A stretch of 56,448 nucleotides of DNA, from the IMG/VR virus record IMGVR_UViG_3300038321_000147, positions 1-56,448 of that record. One strand, given 5' to 3'. A program made the position numbers and the translations under genes. The notes beneath the pieces were generated by a model. That model did not search any database and was not told the origin of the DNA. It worked only from the letters and a program-made list of their open reading frames with translations. Shown here piece by piece: positions 27,289 through 35,139 of the stretch. The DNA comes from a virus (lineage: Duplodnaviria; Caudoviricetes). Position 1 is the first letter of the stretch, and every line of letters begins with the position of its first letter.

Positions 27289-27570
27289 TTAAACTCTTCC
27301 TTTCGGTATCAAGCTAAATGCTTTAGACCTTACAATATCCAATTTCTCATAATTTAGTACCAATACTATACTACCTAGACTAATCAAACCACTGAATAGC
27401 GCATCCGGACTTATTCTCCATGTTGGTTTCAACATTTCATTGTAAGTCTGATACTGCTTATTTAGTGTATCCCATTCTTCTTTGGTAATATCATTCCTGC
27501 ACATCTTTGAGAACGTTGCATCTCGTTCCTCTTTGATTTGTGCTTTTCTACCTTTTCGCTTTGTTCTCAT
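27289..27570 (-). CDS. membrane protein (cassette gene)
   Basis: ISPDALFSGLISLGSIVLVLNYE...SKAF. Confidence 0.7.
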   Translation of the reverse strand: MRTKRKGRKAQIKEERDATFSKMCRNDITKEEWDTLNKQYQTYNEMLKPTWRISPDALFSGLISLGSIVLVLNYEKLDIVRSKAFSLIPKGRV

Positions 27571-27588
27571 AACTTTTCCTCCTTTTTA

Positions 27589-27616
27589 TTCTATTATAGG
27601 CTAAGTTATTCTAGCA
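27589..27616 (-). promoter_or_regulatory. repeated phage promoter, copy 15
   Basis: TGCTAGAATAACTTAGCCTATAATAGAA. Confidence 0.7.
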
Positions 27617-27621
27617 ACTCA

Positions 27622-28401
27622 TCATCTGTAAAAGCCACCAGGGCCATATTTTGGATGTACGTCCATATCAACAATCAAATATACTTTTCCGTTTTTATCA
27701 AGTTGTGTACTATAAAAGGGTTCGATCTGACCTTTATCTAGATTAAATCCTACACTCTCGCCTAGTGGTATCGGGTCAAGACCTATTGCATAATAATACT
27801 CGTTAAGGTCTAGCCACAGTTCACTCATTAACTCGTAATTTAGATCATTGATCTTTTGACGAATTGTCTCGTGGCTAGATGTGAACGGGCGTCCTGACAA
27901 CTTGTCAAGGCATAGAATATCACCACCACCTGTTATAACAATTTTACTCTCATCGATCGGGGTTTTCTCGATATACTCCTTAGCCACCCCATCTTTTATT
28001 GCCGTATCTTTAGCTTTACCAAGTTGTTTAACTACTTGCGTTTTATAGTCTCTGAAAGCTGTTTCACTTATTGTATAAAGTGCTGCAAGTGCCGTGTTAC
28101 GCTTGGTACTAATAGTATTCGCACCTATAATACATCCTATAGATGTTAAACCAACAATGCCGGCTGGAATATAACATTTCCAGGTTAGTTTAAACTTATC
28201 CATGGCGGTGACATCAACAAAGTTTTTCTCCTTACGATAATGTCGTTCGTCTTCAATCAGTCCAATCGCTACGGGTGTTGCTCTCCCAGTCAGAATGGCG
28301 GTAGATACAAGGCCTGCACACCCAAGCCCTGTTAAAATATGTGGACTGTTTTTAGAAATTACACCCCCGAGATTTTTTGCGACTGCTTCTATTTTATTCA
28401 T
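27622..28401 (-). CDS. DUF6353-like membrane-anchored protein, paralog of 16539-17489
   Basis: NSPHILTGLG...RAT...RNTALAALY. Confidence 0.7.
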   Translation of the reverse strand: MNKIEAVAKNLGGVISKNSPHILTGLGCAGLVSTAILTGRATPVAIGLIEDERHYRKEKNFVDVTAMDKFKLTWKCYIPAGIVGLTSIGCIIGANTISTKRNTALAALYTISETAFRDYKTQVVKQLGKAKDTAIKDGVAKEYIEKTPIDESKIVITGGGDILCLDKLSGRPFTSSHETIRQKINDLNYELMSELWLDLNEYYYAIGLDPIPLGESVGFNLDKGQIEPFYSTQLDKNGKVYLIVDMDVHPKYGPGGFYR

Positions 28402-28402
28402 A

Positions 28403-28573
28403 TTAAATTTCTCCTCTTCTAGCCATCAGCATAATTCTATAAACCTCTTCGGTCGTTTCGGCTCTCTTTATTTGGAATATAACTTCATCAGAGTAACAAA
28501 GTTGTGAGGCTATTTTAATACTATCTTTTTTACATAATTTGAGTTCATTCATCTCAGCTCTTTTATCCCCCAT
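28403..28573 (-). CDS. small hypothetical protein (56 aa, not in ORF track)
   Basis: MGDKRAEMNEL...IASQLCYSDEVIFQIKRA; AAGGAG RBS. Confidence 0.6.
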   Translation of the reverse strand: MGDKRAEMNELKLCKKDSIKIASQLCYSDEVIFQIKRAETTEEVYRIMLMARRGEI

Positions 28574-28587
28574 TATGAATTTCTCCT

Positions 28588-28881
28588 TTATCTCACAAAG
28601 AATATCTTTCTTCCATCTAATATGGTCACAAGCGCATCCTTAAACTCAACACCTTTTTCAGTTAATATTGTCTTAATTTCAGATATAGGCATATCTAGTG
28701 GAAAATCATCCAAATTAATACTTTCGAATATAGATACTTTCCCACTCTGAATTTTACCATTGAGTAATTTTAAGGCTTTAAATTTCCCGTAGTATTTATA
28801 CCCAACAACCGTAGCACAAATACCTCCGACAATAAGTATAGGAACCTTATACTCTTCCCAAACCTTTTTAACTTTTAACAT
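28588..28881 (-). CDS. membrane-anchored hypothetical protein
   Basis: ILIVGGICATVVGY. Confidence 0.7.
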   Translation of the reverse strand: MLKVKKVWEEYKVPILIVGGICATVVGYKYYGKFKALKLLNGKIQSGKVSIFESINLDDFPLDMPISEIKTILTEKGVEFKDALVTILDGRKIFFVR

Positions 28882-28946
28882 AATTTCCTCCTTATAGTTT
28901 TTATTTTTAAAAATATAAATAATTAGATTTATATCTCTAATTACCT

Positions 28947-28974
28947 CTCATTATAGGGCATGTTTTTGATGCGA
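28947..28974 (-). promoter_or_regulatory. repeated phage promoter, copy 16
   Basis: TCGCATCAAAAACATGCCCTATAATGAG. Confidence 0.75.
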
Positions 28975-28998
28975 TTAAAGAAAGGATATTTAATCCTT

Positions 28999-29175
28999 TC
29001 AATCTCTATAAAGATATTCATCATCTTCTGCTATGTATTTTAATCTTCTTGTCATTCGTCTCCTTGCCGAATCGTCCTCTACTACTTTCTTTAGTGTCCA
29101 TATACTGAACCTAAATCCTGCTATAAAAGATGATACTGCTATTGCCAAACAACCAATAATTAATTGTAATTTCAT
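28999..29175 (-). CDS. small membrane protein (58 aa), paralog of 29503-29679
   Basis: MKLQLIIGCLAIAVSSFIAGFR...; AAGGAGG RBS. Confidence 0.7.
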   Translation of the reverse strand: MKLQLIIGCLAIAVSSFIAGFRFSIWTLKKVVEDDSARRRMTRRLKYIAEDDEYLYRD

Positions 29176-29194
29176 AATAATACCTCCTTATTTA

Positions 29195-29222
29195 TTCTAT
29201 TATAGGGCATGTTTTATTAGGA
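29195..29222 (-). promoter_or_regulatory. repeated phage promoter, copy 17
   Basis: TCCTAATAAAACATGCCCTATAATAGAA. Confidence 0.7.
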
Positions 29223-29235
29223 AAAGAAAGAGAGA

Positions 29236-29346
29236 TTAATTTCTCCCTCGCATTTCTCTTACGAATATCCATATCAACCATAAACCTCCTGTTAACACAG
29301 TTAGTAATATGTCGAATAGGAAACTTCTCAACCCATACGTTCTCAT
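29236..29346 (-). CDS. small membrane peptide (36 aa)
   Basis: MRTYGLRSFLFDILLTVLTGGLWLIWIFVREMRGRN; GAGGAG RBS. Confidence 0.7.
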   Translation of the reverse strand: MRTYGLRSFLFDILLTVLTGGLWLIWIFVREMRGRN

Positions 29347-29371
29347 AATTTCTCCTCTCTTTTTATACTAT

Positions 29372-29399
29372 TTCATTATACGATATGTAAATGTTGCGA
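29372..29399 (-). promoter_or_regulatory. repeated phage promoter, copy 18
   Basis: TCGCAACATTTACATATCGTATAATGAA. Confidence 0.75.
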
Positions 29400-29473
29400 A
29401 AAGTGAGGCTTTTAAATGCGTTTTAACGAACGATAATTTTGTTTTGATATAAATGTACCATTGGATTGTGGAG

Positions 29474-29504
29474 AATATAAAAGAAAAGAGCCTAAGCCCC
29501 TTCT
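29474..29504 (-). terminator. conserved GC-TTAG-GC terminator
   Basis: AGAAGGGGCTTAGGCTCTTTTCTTTTATATT. Confidence 0.7.
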
Positions 29505-29679
29505 AAAACCAAGAAGTTCTACTATATTGTATTTCATCATCGTACTTTATTTTTCTCAGCTTTGATTTAAATTGTGCATCCTTCACAGCTTTTCTTGAGA
29601 GCATAATCGCTACCCTAAAACCAGCCATGAATGATGCCAATGCTATTGCAAAACATCCAATAAATAATTGCCATTCCAT
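29503..29679 (-). CDS. small membrane protein (58 aa), paralog of 28999-29175
   Basis: MEWQLFIGCFAIALASFMAGFR...; AAGGAGG RBS. Confidence 0.7.
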   Translation of the reverse strand: MEWQLFIGCFAIALASFMAGFRVAIMLSRKAVKDAQFKSKLRKIKYDDEIQYSRTSWF

Positions 29680-29699
29680 AAATATAATTCCTCCTTATG

Positions 29700-29758
29700 T
29701 ATTCTATTATAGGGTATGTTTAGTTGGGATAAAGAAAAGAGCCTAAGCTCTATCTTTT
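29700..29758. repeat. 59-bp direct repeat copy A (terminator + promoter copy 19)
   Basis: Identical to 29978-30036. Confidence 0.9.
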
Positions 29759-29965
29759 TCTATAATCTTCAGATTCGTATAGATAATAACCTATAAAGTT
29801 CCGTAACCAAATAATTGGCCATAATAGTATCTGTAGTAGACATATCACTCCAACACTCTTCTTAGCTCTATATCTAAGATGCGTGATTTCGGAATAAATA
29901 TCCTCCCACTGAACCAATAATCCAATTATGTAAATTCCTAACCATATATATTTTACCATTTTCAA
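29750..29965 (-). CDS. small membrane protein (cassette gene)
   Basis: Two hydrophobic segments; flanked by the 59-bp repeats. Confidence 0.7.
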   Translation of the reverse strand: MKMVKYIWLGIYIIGLLVQWEDIYSEITHLRYRAKKSVGVICLLQILLWPIIWLRNFIGYYLYESEDYRKR

Positions 29966-29977
29966 ATCCTCCTTTAA

Positions 29978-30036
29978 TATTCTATTATAGGGTATGTTTA
30001 GTTGGGATAAAGAAAAGAGCCTAAGCTCTATCTTTT
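29978..30036. repeat. 59-bp direct repeat copy B (terminator + promoter copy 20)
   Basis: Identical to 29700-29758. Confidence 0.9.
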
Positions 30037-30227
30037 ATCTTCCTCATTATCCATTTGAATCTCGCGTAATACCATAGTTTAACTACTGGATATAATATTA
30101 ATCCAACTGGTAAAGCTATTGTGAACCATATAAGTGATACCCATTTCGGTACCTTCTTATTAGTTAACAATATCAATTCCTGGTGAACCCTATCAAATTC
30201 ATCCTTAGTCTTTCTAAATATCTTCAT
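30021..30227 (-). CDS. small membrane protein (cassette gene)
   Basis: WVSLIWFTIALPVGLILYP. Confidence 0.7.
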   Translation of the reverse strand: MKIFRKTKDEFDRVHQELILLTNKKVPKWVSLIWFTIALPVGLILYPVVKLWYYARFKWIMRKIKDRA

Positions 30228-30250
30228 CTCGATCTCCTTTCAAATCTGTT

Positions 30251-30278
30251 TTCATTACAGGGTATGTAAATATTGCGA
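30251..30278 (-). promoter_or_regulatory. repeated phage promoter, copy 21 (TGTAAT variant)
   Basis: TCGCAATATTTACATACCCTGTAATGAA. Confidence 0.7.
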
Positions 30279-30316
30279 AAAAATAAGACCCTTTGAAAAC
30301 TTTTCAGGGTCTTATT
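30278..30316 (-). terminator. strong hairpin terminator between the structural and cassette regions
   Basis: AATAAGACCCT/AGGGTCTTATT 11-bp stem with T tract. Confidence 0.7.
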
Positions 30317-30354
30317 AAAGGAGGAGTTATATCCCTAATGGGTTAATTAAAATA

Positions 30355-30479
30355 TAAAAGATAAATGGGCTGCTCAGTTCACCCTTGTCCCTCTATATAC
30401 TTCACTCTTCGGTTATGGCATTTTCCGTTCGATTTAACGACCACGTGAAGTCCCTCAATAAAGTTCTTTTTACCTTTCA
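30355..30479 (-). ncRNA. candidate promoter-driven structured RNA (~125 nt)
   Basis: End pairing AAAGGTAAA/TTTATCTTT, internal ACTTCAC/GTGAAGT, TTTTATATTTT tail; only ~20-codon ORFs. Confidence 0.4.
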
Positions 30480-30502
30480 TTATATACCAAGTTTTTATTG
30501 CA
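30476..30502 (-). promoter_or_regulatory. repeated phage promoter, copy 22
   Basis: TGCAATAAAAACTTGGTATATAATGAA. Confidence 0.65.
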
Positions 30503-30504
30503 AC

Positions 30505-31626
30505 TTACCATTCAAACTCGGCACGAGTCTTATGTTGTGCTGTTGGTGCTTGCCAGCTAACCTTAGCACCTGTCCGCTCGGCGAACTCCCTCATTGGGAA
30601 CATCGTCCTATCATTGATGAGCTGTACTGGAACATCTAGTTTAACAGGCTCTCCGTTAAATATAACGATGTCGCTACCATTCTCGGTCTGGATTTTAAGG
30701 TTGAGAGGTTGTAAGGTGCAGAAACCAGCACCGTAATACTTATCGACACCTTTTATACCTAAGTCTTTTGTATTCATTTTGAGGGCTTCGTATAACTTCC
30801 TTTCAGATATCTCAGTCCCGAATCTCATCTGATGGTCGCATACCAATAAAGCCGCAATACCTGATATAATTGGAGTAGCCATAGAAGTCCCAGACAATTC
30901 GATATAGTTATAACCTTGGCCTTTATAATCGAAGTATGCCGATACAACATTGGTACCAATTTGACTCAAGTCTACATGGTTACCGTAAGTACTGTATTCA
31001 GCCATTTGTTTATTCCAATCAACAGCTCCAACAGCTACAACATTTTCAAAGCTTGCAGGATATCTCTCTTCATCTTTCCTGGTATTGCCCATGGAACAGA
31101 CTACCAATATACCTTCTTCGACGCATTTGTTTATCGCGGTTTCGAGGTTTCTTCGCTCGGTTGTGGTTGTATTTTTATTATCACCACTTAACGACATTGA
31201 GATAATTTTTACTTTCTTTACACCTTGTCGCCATTCCCGTGCATAATTTATACCAGCAATAACATCGGACCATTCACCGCCACCCATCGCATCCAGTACT
31301 TTCACTGGGAGTATCTCAGCCTGTGGGGCTATGCCACAGTTCATACCTGCGATAGTACCTGCCACATGAGTTCCGTGCTTGTTGTCATCGTACCAAAGTT
31401 TATTACCATAATTTTTAATACAGTTTTTACCGTCAAGTACTCGACCTTCTAGTTCTGGATGATCTGGAGAAACACCACTATCAATTACTGCTACAACAAC
31501 ACCCTGACCGTAGACACCTTTTGAATGGAATGCCTTACGTCCACTTAGGTTTAAGAAACCAAACGTATCTTCATGTATGTCTTTAATCATTGCGTCAACT
31601 CTTACTTCATCTAACTTACAAATCAT
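30505..31626 (-). CDS. subtilisin-family (S8) serine protease with C-terminal copper-amine-oxidase-N/stalk-like domain
   Basis: VIDSG, HGTHVAG, SMGN, SGTSMATP; C-terminal LDVPVQLINDRTMFPMREFAE..GAKVSW. Confidence 0.9.
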   Translation of the reverse strand: MICKLDEVRVDAMIKDIHEDTFGFLNLSGRKAFHSKGVYGQGVVVAVIDSGVSPDHPELEGRVLDGKNCIKNYGNKLWYDDNKHGTHVAGTIAGMNCGIAPQAEILPVKVLDAMGGGEWSDVIAGINYAREWRQGVKKVKIISMSLSGDNKNTTTTERRNLETAINKCVEEGILVVCSMGNTRKDEERYPASFENVVAVGAVDWNKQMAEYSTYGNHVDLSQIGTNVVSAYFDYKGQGYNYIELSGTSMATPIISGIAALLVCDHQMRFGTEISERKLYEALKMNTKDLGIKGVDKYYGAGFCTLQPLNLKIQTENGSDIVIFNGEPVKLDVPVQLINDRTMFPMREFAERTGAKVSWQAPTAQHKTRAEFEW

Positions 31627-31635
31627 TTTGACCTC

Positions 31636-31782
31636 CTATTTTTTAACCTTTGGAGTTGCTAATATAGCGTCTCTTTCTGTCTCATTGACATAATGCTTTT
31701 CACTATAAGCTTTTTCAATGTCAACTTCTTTGTAAACGTCCATAATCCACATATTTAATATAAATGGGTATAATGGTGACAT
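31636..31782 (-). CDS. XkdX-like small protein (48 aa, not in ORF track)
   Basis: MSPLYPFILNMW...YVNETERDAIL; GGAGG RBS; follows the fibre chaperone. Confidence 0.55.
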   Translation of the reverse strand: MSPLYPFILNMWIMDVYKEVDIEKAYSEKHYVNETERDAILATPKVKK

Positions 31783-31812
31783 GATAACGCCTCCTTTCCA
31801 TTTTGAATTATT

Positions 31813-32112
31813 TTACATTCCTAACATGAAACTCATAGCGGCCTCAAGAGCTGCTATACGTTCTTCCAGGGTCGGACCTTTTGGGATAGTTGCTAATGGT
31901 TCAGACTCTATAATATCTATAATTCGCCCATTATCGATAGCTAAACTAAACCATTCAAGATGTTCGGCCTTCTCGCAGACTACTTTATCAGTTGTATAGA
32001 TTAAATCGTTGCCCCAAACAGATGTCAGTGTATCTAACACGACACTTATGTCATCTACCTGCATGTTTGAAAATTGAACCAATTCGCCATCCTTTGTCGA
32101 TACAATATACAA
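31813..32112 (-). CDS. tail fibre assembly / XkdW-like protein
   Basis: C-terminal PTLEERIAALEAA; directly after the fibre gene. Confidence 0.6.
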   Translation of the reverse strand: MYIVSTKDGELVQFSNMQVDDISVVLDTLTSVWGNDLIYTTDKVVCEKAEHLEWFSLAIDNGRIIDIIESEPLATIPKGPTLEERIAALEAAMSFMLGM

Positions 32113-32130
32113 AATACCACCTCCGTTTTG

Positions 32131-33438
32131 TTAATATAGAAATATTGTATATATCTGGTTGTCGCTTAATTCATTATAAGCAACAAACGTTACAGTCGAC
32201 CCCGATATCCTAGCTTTTATTCCTAAACTGTTTCCATACCAACTTGCAATGTTAGTGTTCGTTGCCTGAAATTGGTAGCCTATGCTCCCATATACGTGAT
32301 CCCTTGTCGATACGTTTACAATTGAATAATAATAGGCGGATTCATATTTAAATATCTCGCCCATAGCTGTAAAACCTGAACATTTAATAGCGAAGGCGGT
32401 CTTATCGCTAATAGCAACTGAAAATAGGTCTGTGTCAACTCTATTAGGACTTCCAACAACTGTTCCCGTAAATCTTACAGCGGTCTTAGGAGTTTTTATT
32501 AGATCACTTAAGATCTTACCCTGATAAGCACTTAAAGCCAATCCGTTAGCATGACTTTCCTGTGTCAAATTATTTATTGTTTTAACATGTCCATAATTGG
32601 CAGTTGTACCAACTCCATATGTGGTTCCCGACGAGGCATGTGATACGGGTGTCAACTTAGTAGTACCATTAATCATATTTGCGATAGCAGTATTAATATT
32701 CTTCAGTTTGGTCAATAATTTCCCAAATATAACAGATAACTTTTCACCGGTAGCTATTTCAGCATCCGTGCCAGCTGTGAATGTAACAACAACATCTTTA
32801 CCATCCCCACCGTCTGCCGTAAGTTTCGTATTAATCTGATTCTGCAGGTTGGTAACAACATTGCCCTCTAATTGGGCCTGCAGGTCATCGAACCACGTAT
32901 TAAATTCCGACTCCCACTGTGCTACGATATCATTAGTTGTCACCTGTTGCATCGCACCAGTGATGAATGGACATTCGGTTGTGCCCACCGCATTTGAAAT
33001 GTTAGCTTGCGAAATACTTCCAACACCCTTACCAACGTAAATATAAGCCAATGGATACTGATAAATCCCACCAGATTTAACCATCACCGGTTTTATCGGG
33101 TTTGTTGCAGGTGTACCTTTTACTATTTTGAATCTATTCTCCCTCTCATCAGGAGCTACCTCTAGTACTATTGCATCATATCTATTAAGTATCGCTTCAG
33201 CTGGGTCCAATGTCAAGGGTAATAGAGCATCGTTATTTGTCCACGTATTGTTAAACCACGCACGACCAGAACTAATATTTACAGTTAAGTTCGACGCAGC
33301 ACTAACCATCAAAGAACCTCCGACAGTTGAGAAAACTCCATCTCTTATAATACCCTCAAACAACCTTGAAAACTGTAAAGCATTATACTTTCTATCGCCA
33401 TTTGACGAGTTATAAAATCCATATGTTACAGCCATCAA
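32131..33438 (-). CDS. tail fibre / receptor-binding protein
   Basis: N-terminal GFYNS..GDRKYNA baseplate-attachment domain; HAS..TTYG..YGHVK and LALSAYQGK fibre repeats. Confidence 0.75.
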   Translation of the reverse strand: MMAVTYGFYNSSNGDRKYNALQFSRLFEGIIRDGVFSTVGGSLMVSAASNLTVNISSGRAWFNNTWTNNDALLPLTLDPAEAILNRYDAIVLEVAPDERENRFKIVKGTPATNPIKPVMVKSGGIYQYPLAYIYVGKGVGSISQANISNAVGTTECPFITGAMQQVTTNDIVAQWESEFNTWFDDLQAQLEGNVVTNLQNQINTKLTADGGDGKDVVVTFTAGTDAEIATGEKLSVIFGKLLTKLKNINTAIANMINGTTKLTPVSHASSGTTYGVGTTANYGHVKTINNLTQESHANGLALSAYQGKILSDLIKTPKTAVRFTGTVVGSPNRVDTDLFSVAISDKTAFAIKCSGFTAMGEIFKYESAYYYSIVNVSTRDHVYGSIGYQFQATNTNIASWYGNSLGIKARISGSTVTFVAYNELSDNQIYTIFLY

Positions 33439-33695
33439 ATCACCTCCACTAAAATTCTAGCTTTTAAAATTTCAGGACCTATATGGTATTTAAAGGTTAC
33501 CTGATAAACACCTTTATTCGTCCCACTAAATAATATAAATATACGATGACCATCTATATTAGGAAGGCCCTCTGTTATTATGTTTTTATCTTTATCTGTT
33601 ATCACATAATCCGCGGCATCGATTACAAAGTTATTATCGACAGCATTTTCGACCTCGATACCTATCTTTCGCACTTCACCTTCATATATTCGCAT
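33435..33695 (-). CDS. tail-associated beta-sandwich protein
   Basis: 86 aa, in the tail operon. Confidence 0.6.
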   Translation of the reverse strand: MRIYEGEVRKIGIEVENAVDNNFVIDAADYVITDKDKNIITEGLPNIDGHRIFILFSGTNKGVYQVTFKYHIGPEILKARILVEVI

Positions 33696-34038
33696 CCAAC
33701 ATCAACTCCTTAAAATTATATAAAGTACACGGCGAATATGAGAAACTACTATTTAACTCATTGATCAAGTAGTTATCAAATATCTCTGAGGAAATATCTT
33801 CTTTATCTTCAACGTTGAAGTTATATCTCTCATCCAATATCTTAAACGATAATGCGTCGAAGTCTATCAGGACATGTAATTCCATATAATTGGTTTGATT
33901 CCCTGCCTCATCGACTGCTCTTAGGTCTATGTAATATTGACCATTTAGGCTTGCTGGGACGACACCCCTAAAAAGCTTAGGAGGGGTGAAGGTAAAAGTC
34001 ACCTCAACCCCATTAACATACCCTACTAACCTAATCAT
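33682..34038 (-). CDS. Ig-like tail-associated protein
   Basis: GQYYIDLRAVDEAGN. Confidence 0.65.
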   Translation of the reverse strand: MIRLVGYVNGVEVTFTFTPPKLFRGVVPASLNGQYYIDLRAVDEAGNQTNYMELHVLIDFDALSFKILDERYNFNVEDKEDISSEIFDNYLINELNSSFSYSPCTLYNFKELMLDANI

Positions 34039-34949
34039 TCGTCAGTTACCATTACACTTATAACGAATGTCGCACCACCATCAACAGGATTTGGCACCAT
34101 TGTTACATCCGTTATCACCGGAGGAGTTGTGTCTAAGATTACAGTTCTTGTTACGGTAGATGTTAAACCAGCAGAATCCGTCGCCTTAACTTCTATTGTA
34201 TTTTCACCGTTTGCAAGGGTTATAGCTTTACTAAATGCCCCTGCACTAACTGTTACAGCACCTTGATCGGCACCATTTAACTTAATTGTGATAGTCACAG
34301 GTGACGATGTGGTATCATTGGTTGTACCGGATACGGTTAATGTAGAGTTATTTGTAATGTGTCCGTTTGTTGGATTTGTAATATTCAAGGCCGGTGGAAC
34401 AGTATCTACGTTGAAGCTACTTGATAACAACGTTGATGTGTTACCATCATTATCACCGATTTGAATAGTTATAGTATGGGCACCCTCAGCCAGCGCCGTT
34501 GGTGGTGTGTATACGCAATCATATCCACCTGATACACTAGTGCACACCATCCCGTTAGATGTGTTAGTGATTGACGTACCACCATCTAATTTTAAGGCTA
34601 ATGTTTCTATTTTGATTCCAGAACCGCTATCCCTCAATTGGAATGTGATAGCTGGCTTCGAGGTTGTCATTCTCGCACCACTACTTGGCGAAGACAATGT
34701 TACGGTTGGTTTAACCTTTTCCAGAACTCTTAATTGAAGCTTTGATCCGAGAGTGGGATCGCTCCTGTCTTTTGTTGTGGAATTACCAGCTGTATCTGTA
34801 GCAACTATTGTCACCCCGTATTTATTGTTTGGTTCATGCCAACTGGTAACGCTAGGTGCCGTTATGGTTGCCTCATATTTACTTGTGGTTTCATTCCAAA
34901 CTAAATTGTATTCCTGACCGTTAATATGGGCCTTTACATTTTGTATCAT
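34035..34949 (-). CDS. multi-Ig-like domain virion protein
   Basis: Repeated ATDxAGN, DTxPP and GxHTI/GENTI Big-domain motifs. Confidence 0.8.
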   Translation of the reverse strand: MIQNVKAHINGQEYNLVWNETTSKYEATITAPSVTSWHEPNNKYGVTIVATDTAGNSTTKDRSDPTLGSKLQLRVLEKVKPTVTLSSPSSGARMTTSKPAITFQLRDSGSGIKIETLALKLDGGTSITNTSNGMVCTSVSGGYDCVYTPPTALAEGAHTITIQIGDNDGNTSTLLSSSFNVDTVPPALNITNPTNGHITNNSTLTVSGTTNDTTSSPVTITIKLNGADQGAVTVSAGAFSKAITLANGENTIEVKATDSAGLTSTVTRTVILDTTPPVITDVTMVPNPVDGGATFVISVMVTDE

Positions 34950-34960
34950 CTTATTACCTC

Positions 34961-35125
34961 CTATACCTCACTAATTTCTATTAAATTTTCGATTAACGAT
35001 TCATTTGAAAACGGGAACTCGAAGTATGGATAGTCATTGATTTCGGTTACCGCAACAGAAATCGTGAAAGTCTCTGATGTATCAACAACATCTTTACTAA
35101 GGTTAACTGAATCGATGAATAACAT
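34961..35125 (-). CDS. small tail-associated protein (54 aa, not in ORF track)
   Basis: MLFIDSVNLSKDVVDTSETFTISVAVTE resembles the C-terminus of the adjacent Ig protein; GAGGAGG RBS. Confidence 0.6.
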   Translation of the reverse strand: MLFIDSVNLSKDVVDTSETFTISVAVTEINDYPYFEFPFSNESLIENLIEISEV

Positions 35126-35139
35126 ACCCCAAACCTCCT

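Noticed and set aside
23400-30300. Regularly recurring repeats as a CRISPR array
   Set aside because: The repeats are degenerate, the spacing is 100-2000 bp, the intervals are genes, and there is no cas operon; the Cas4-like nuclease is a common stand-alone phage gene
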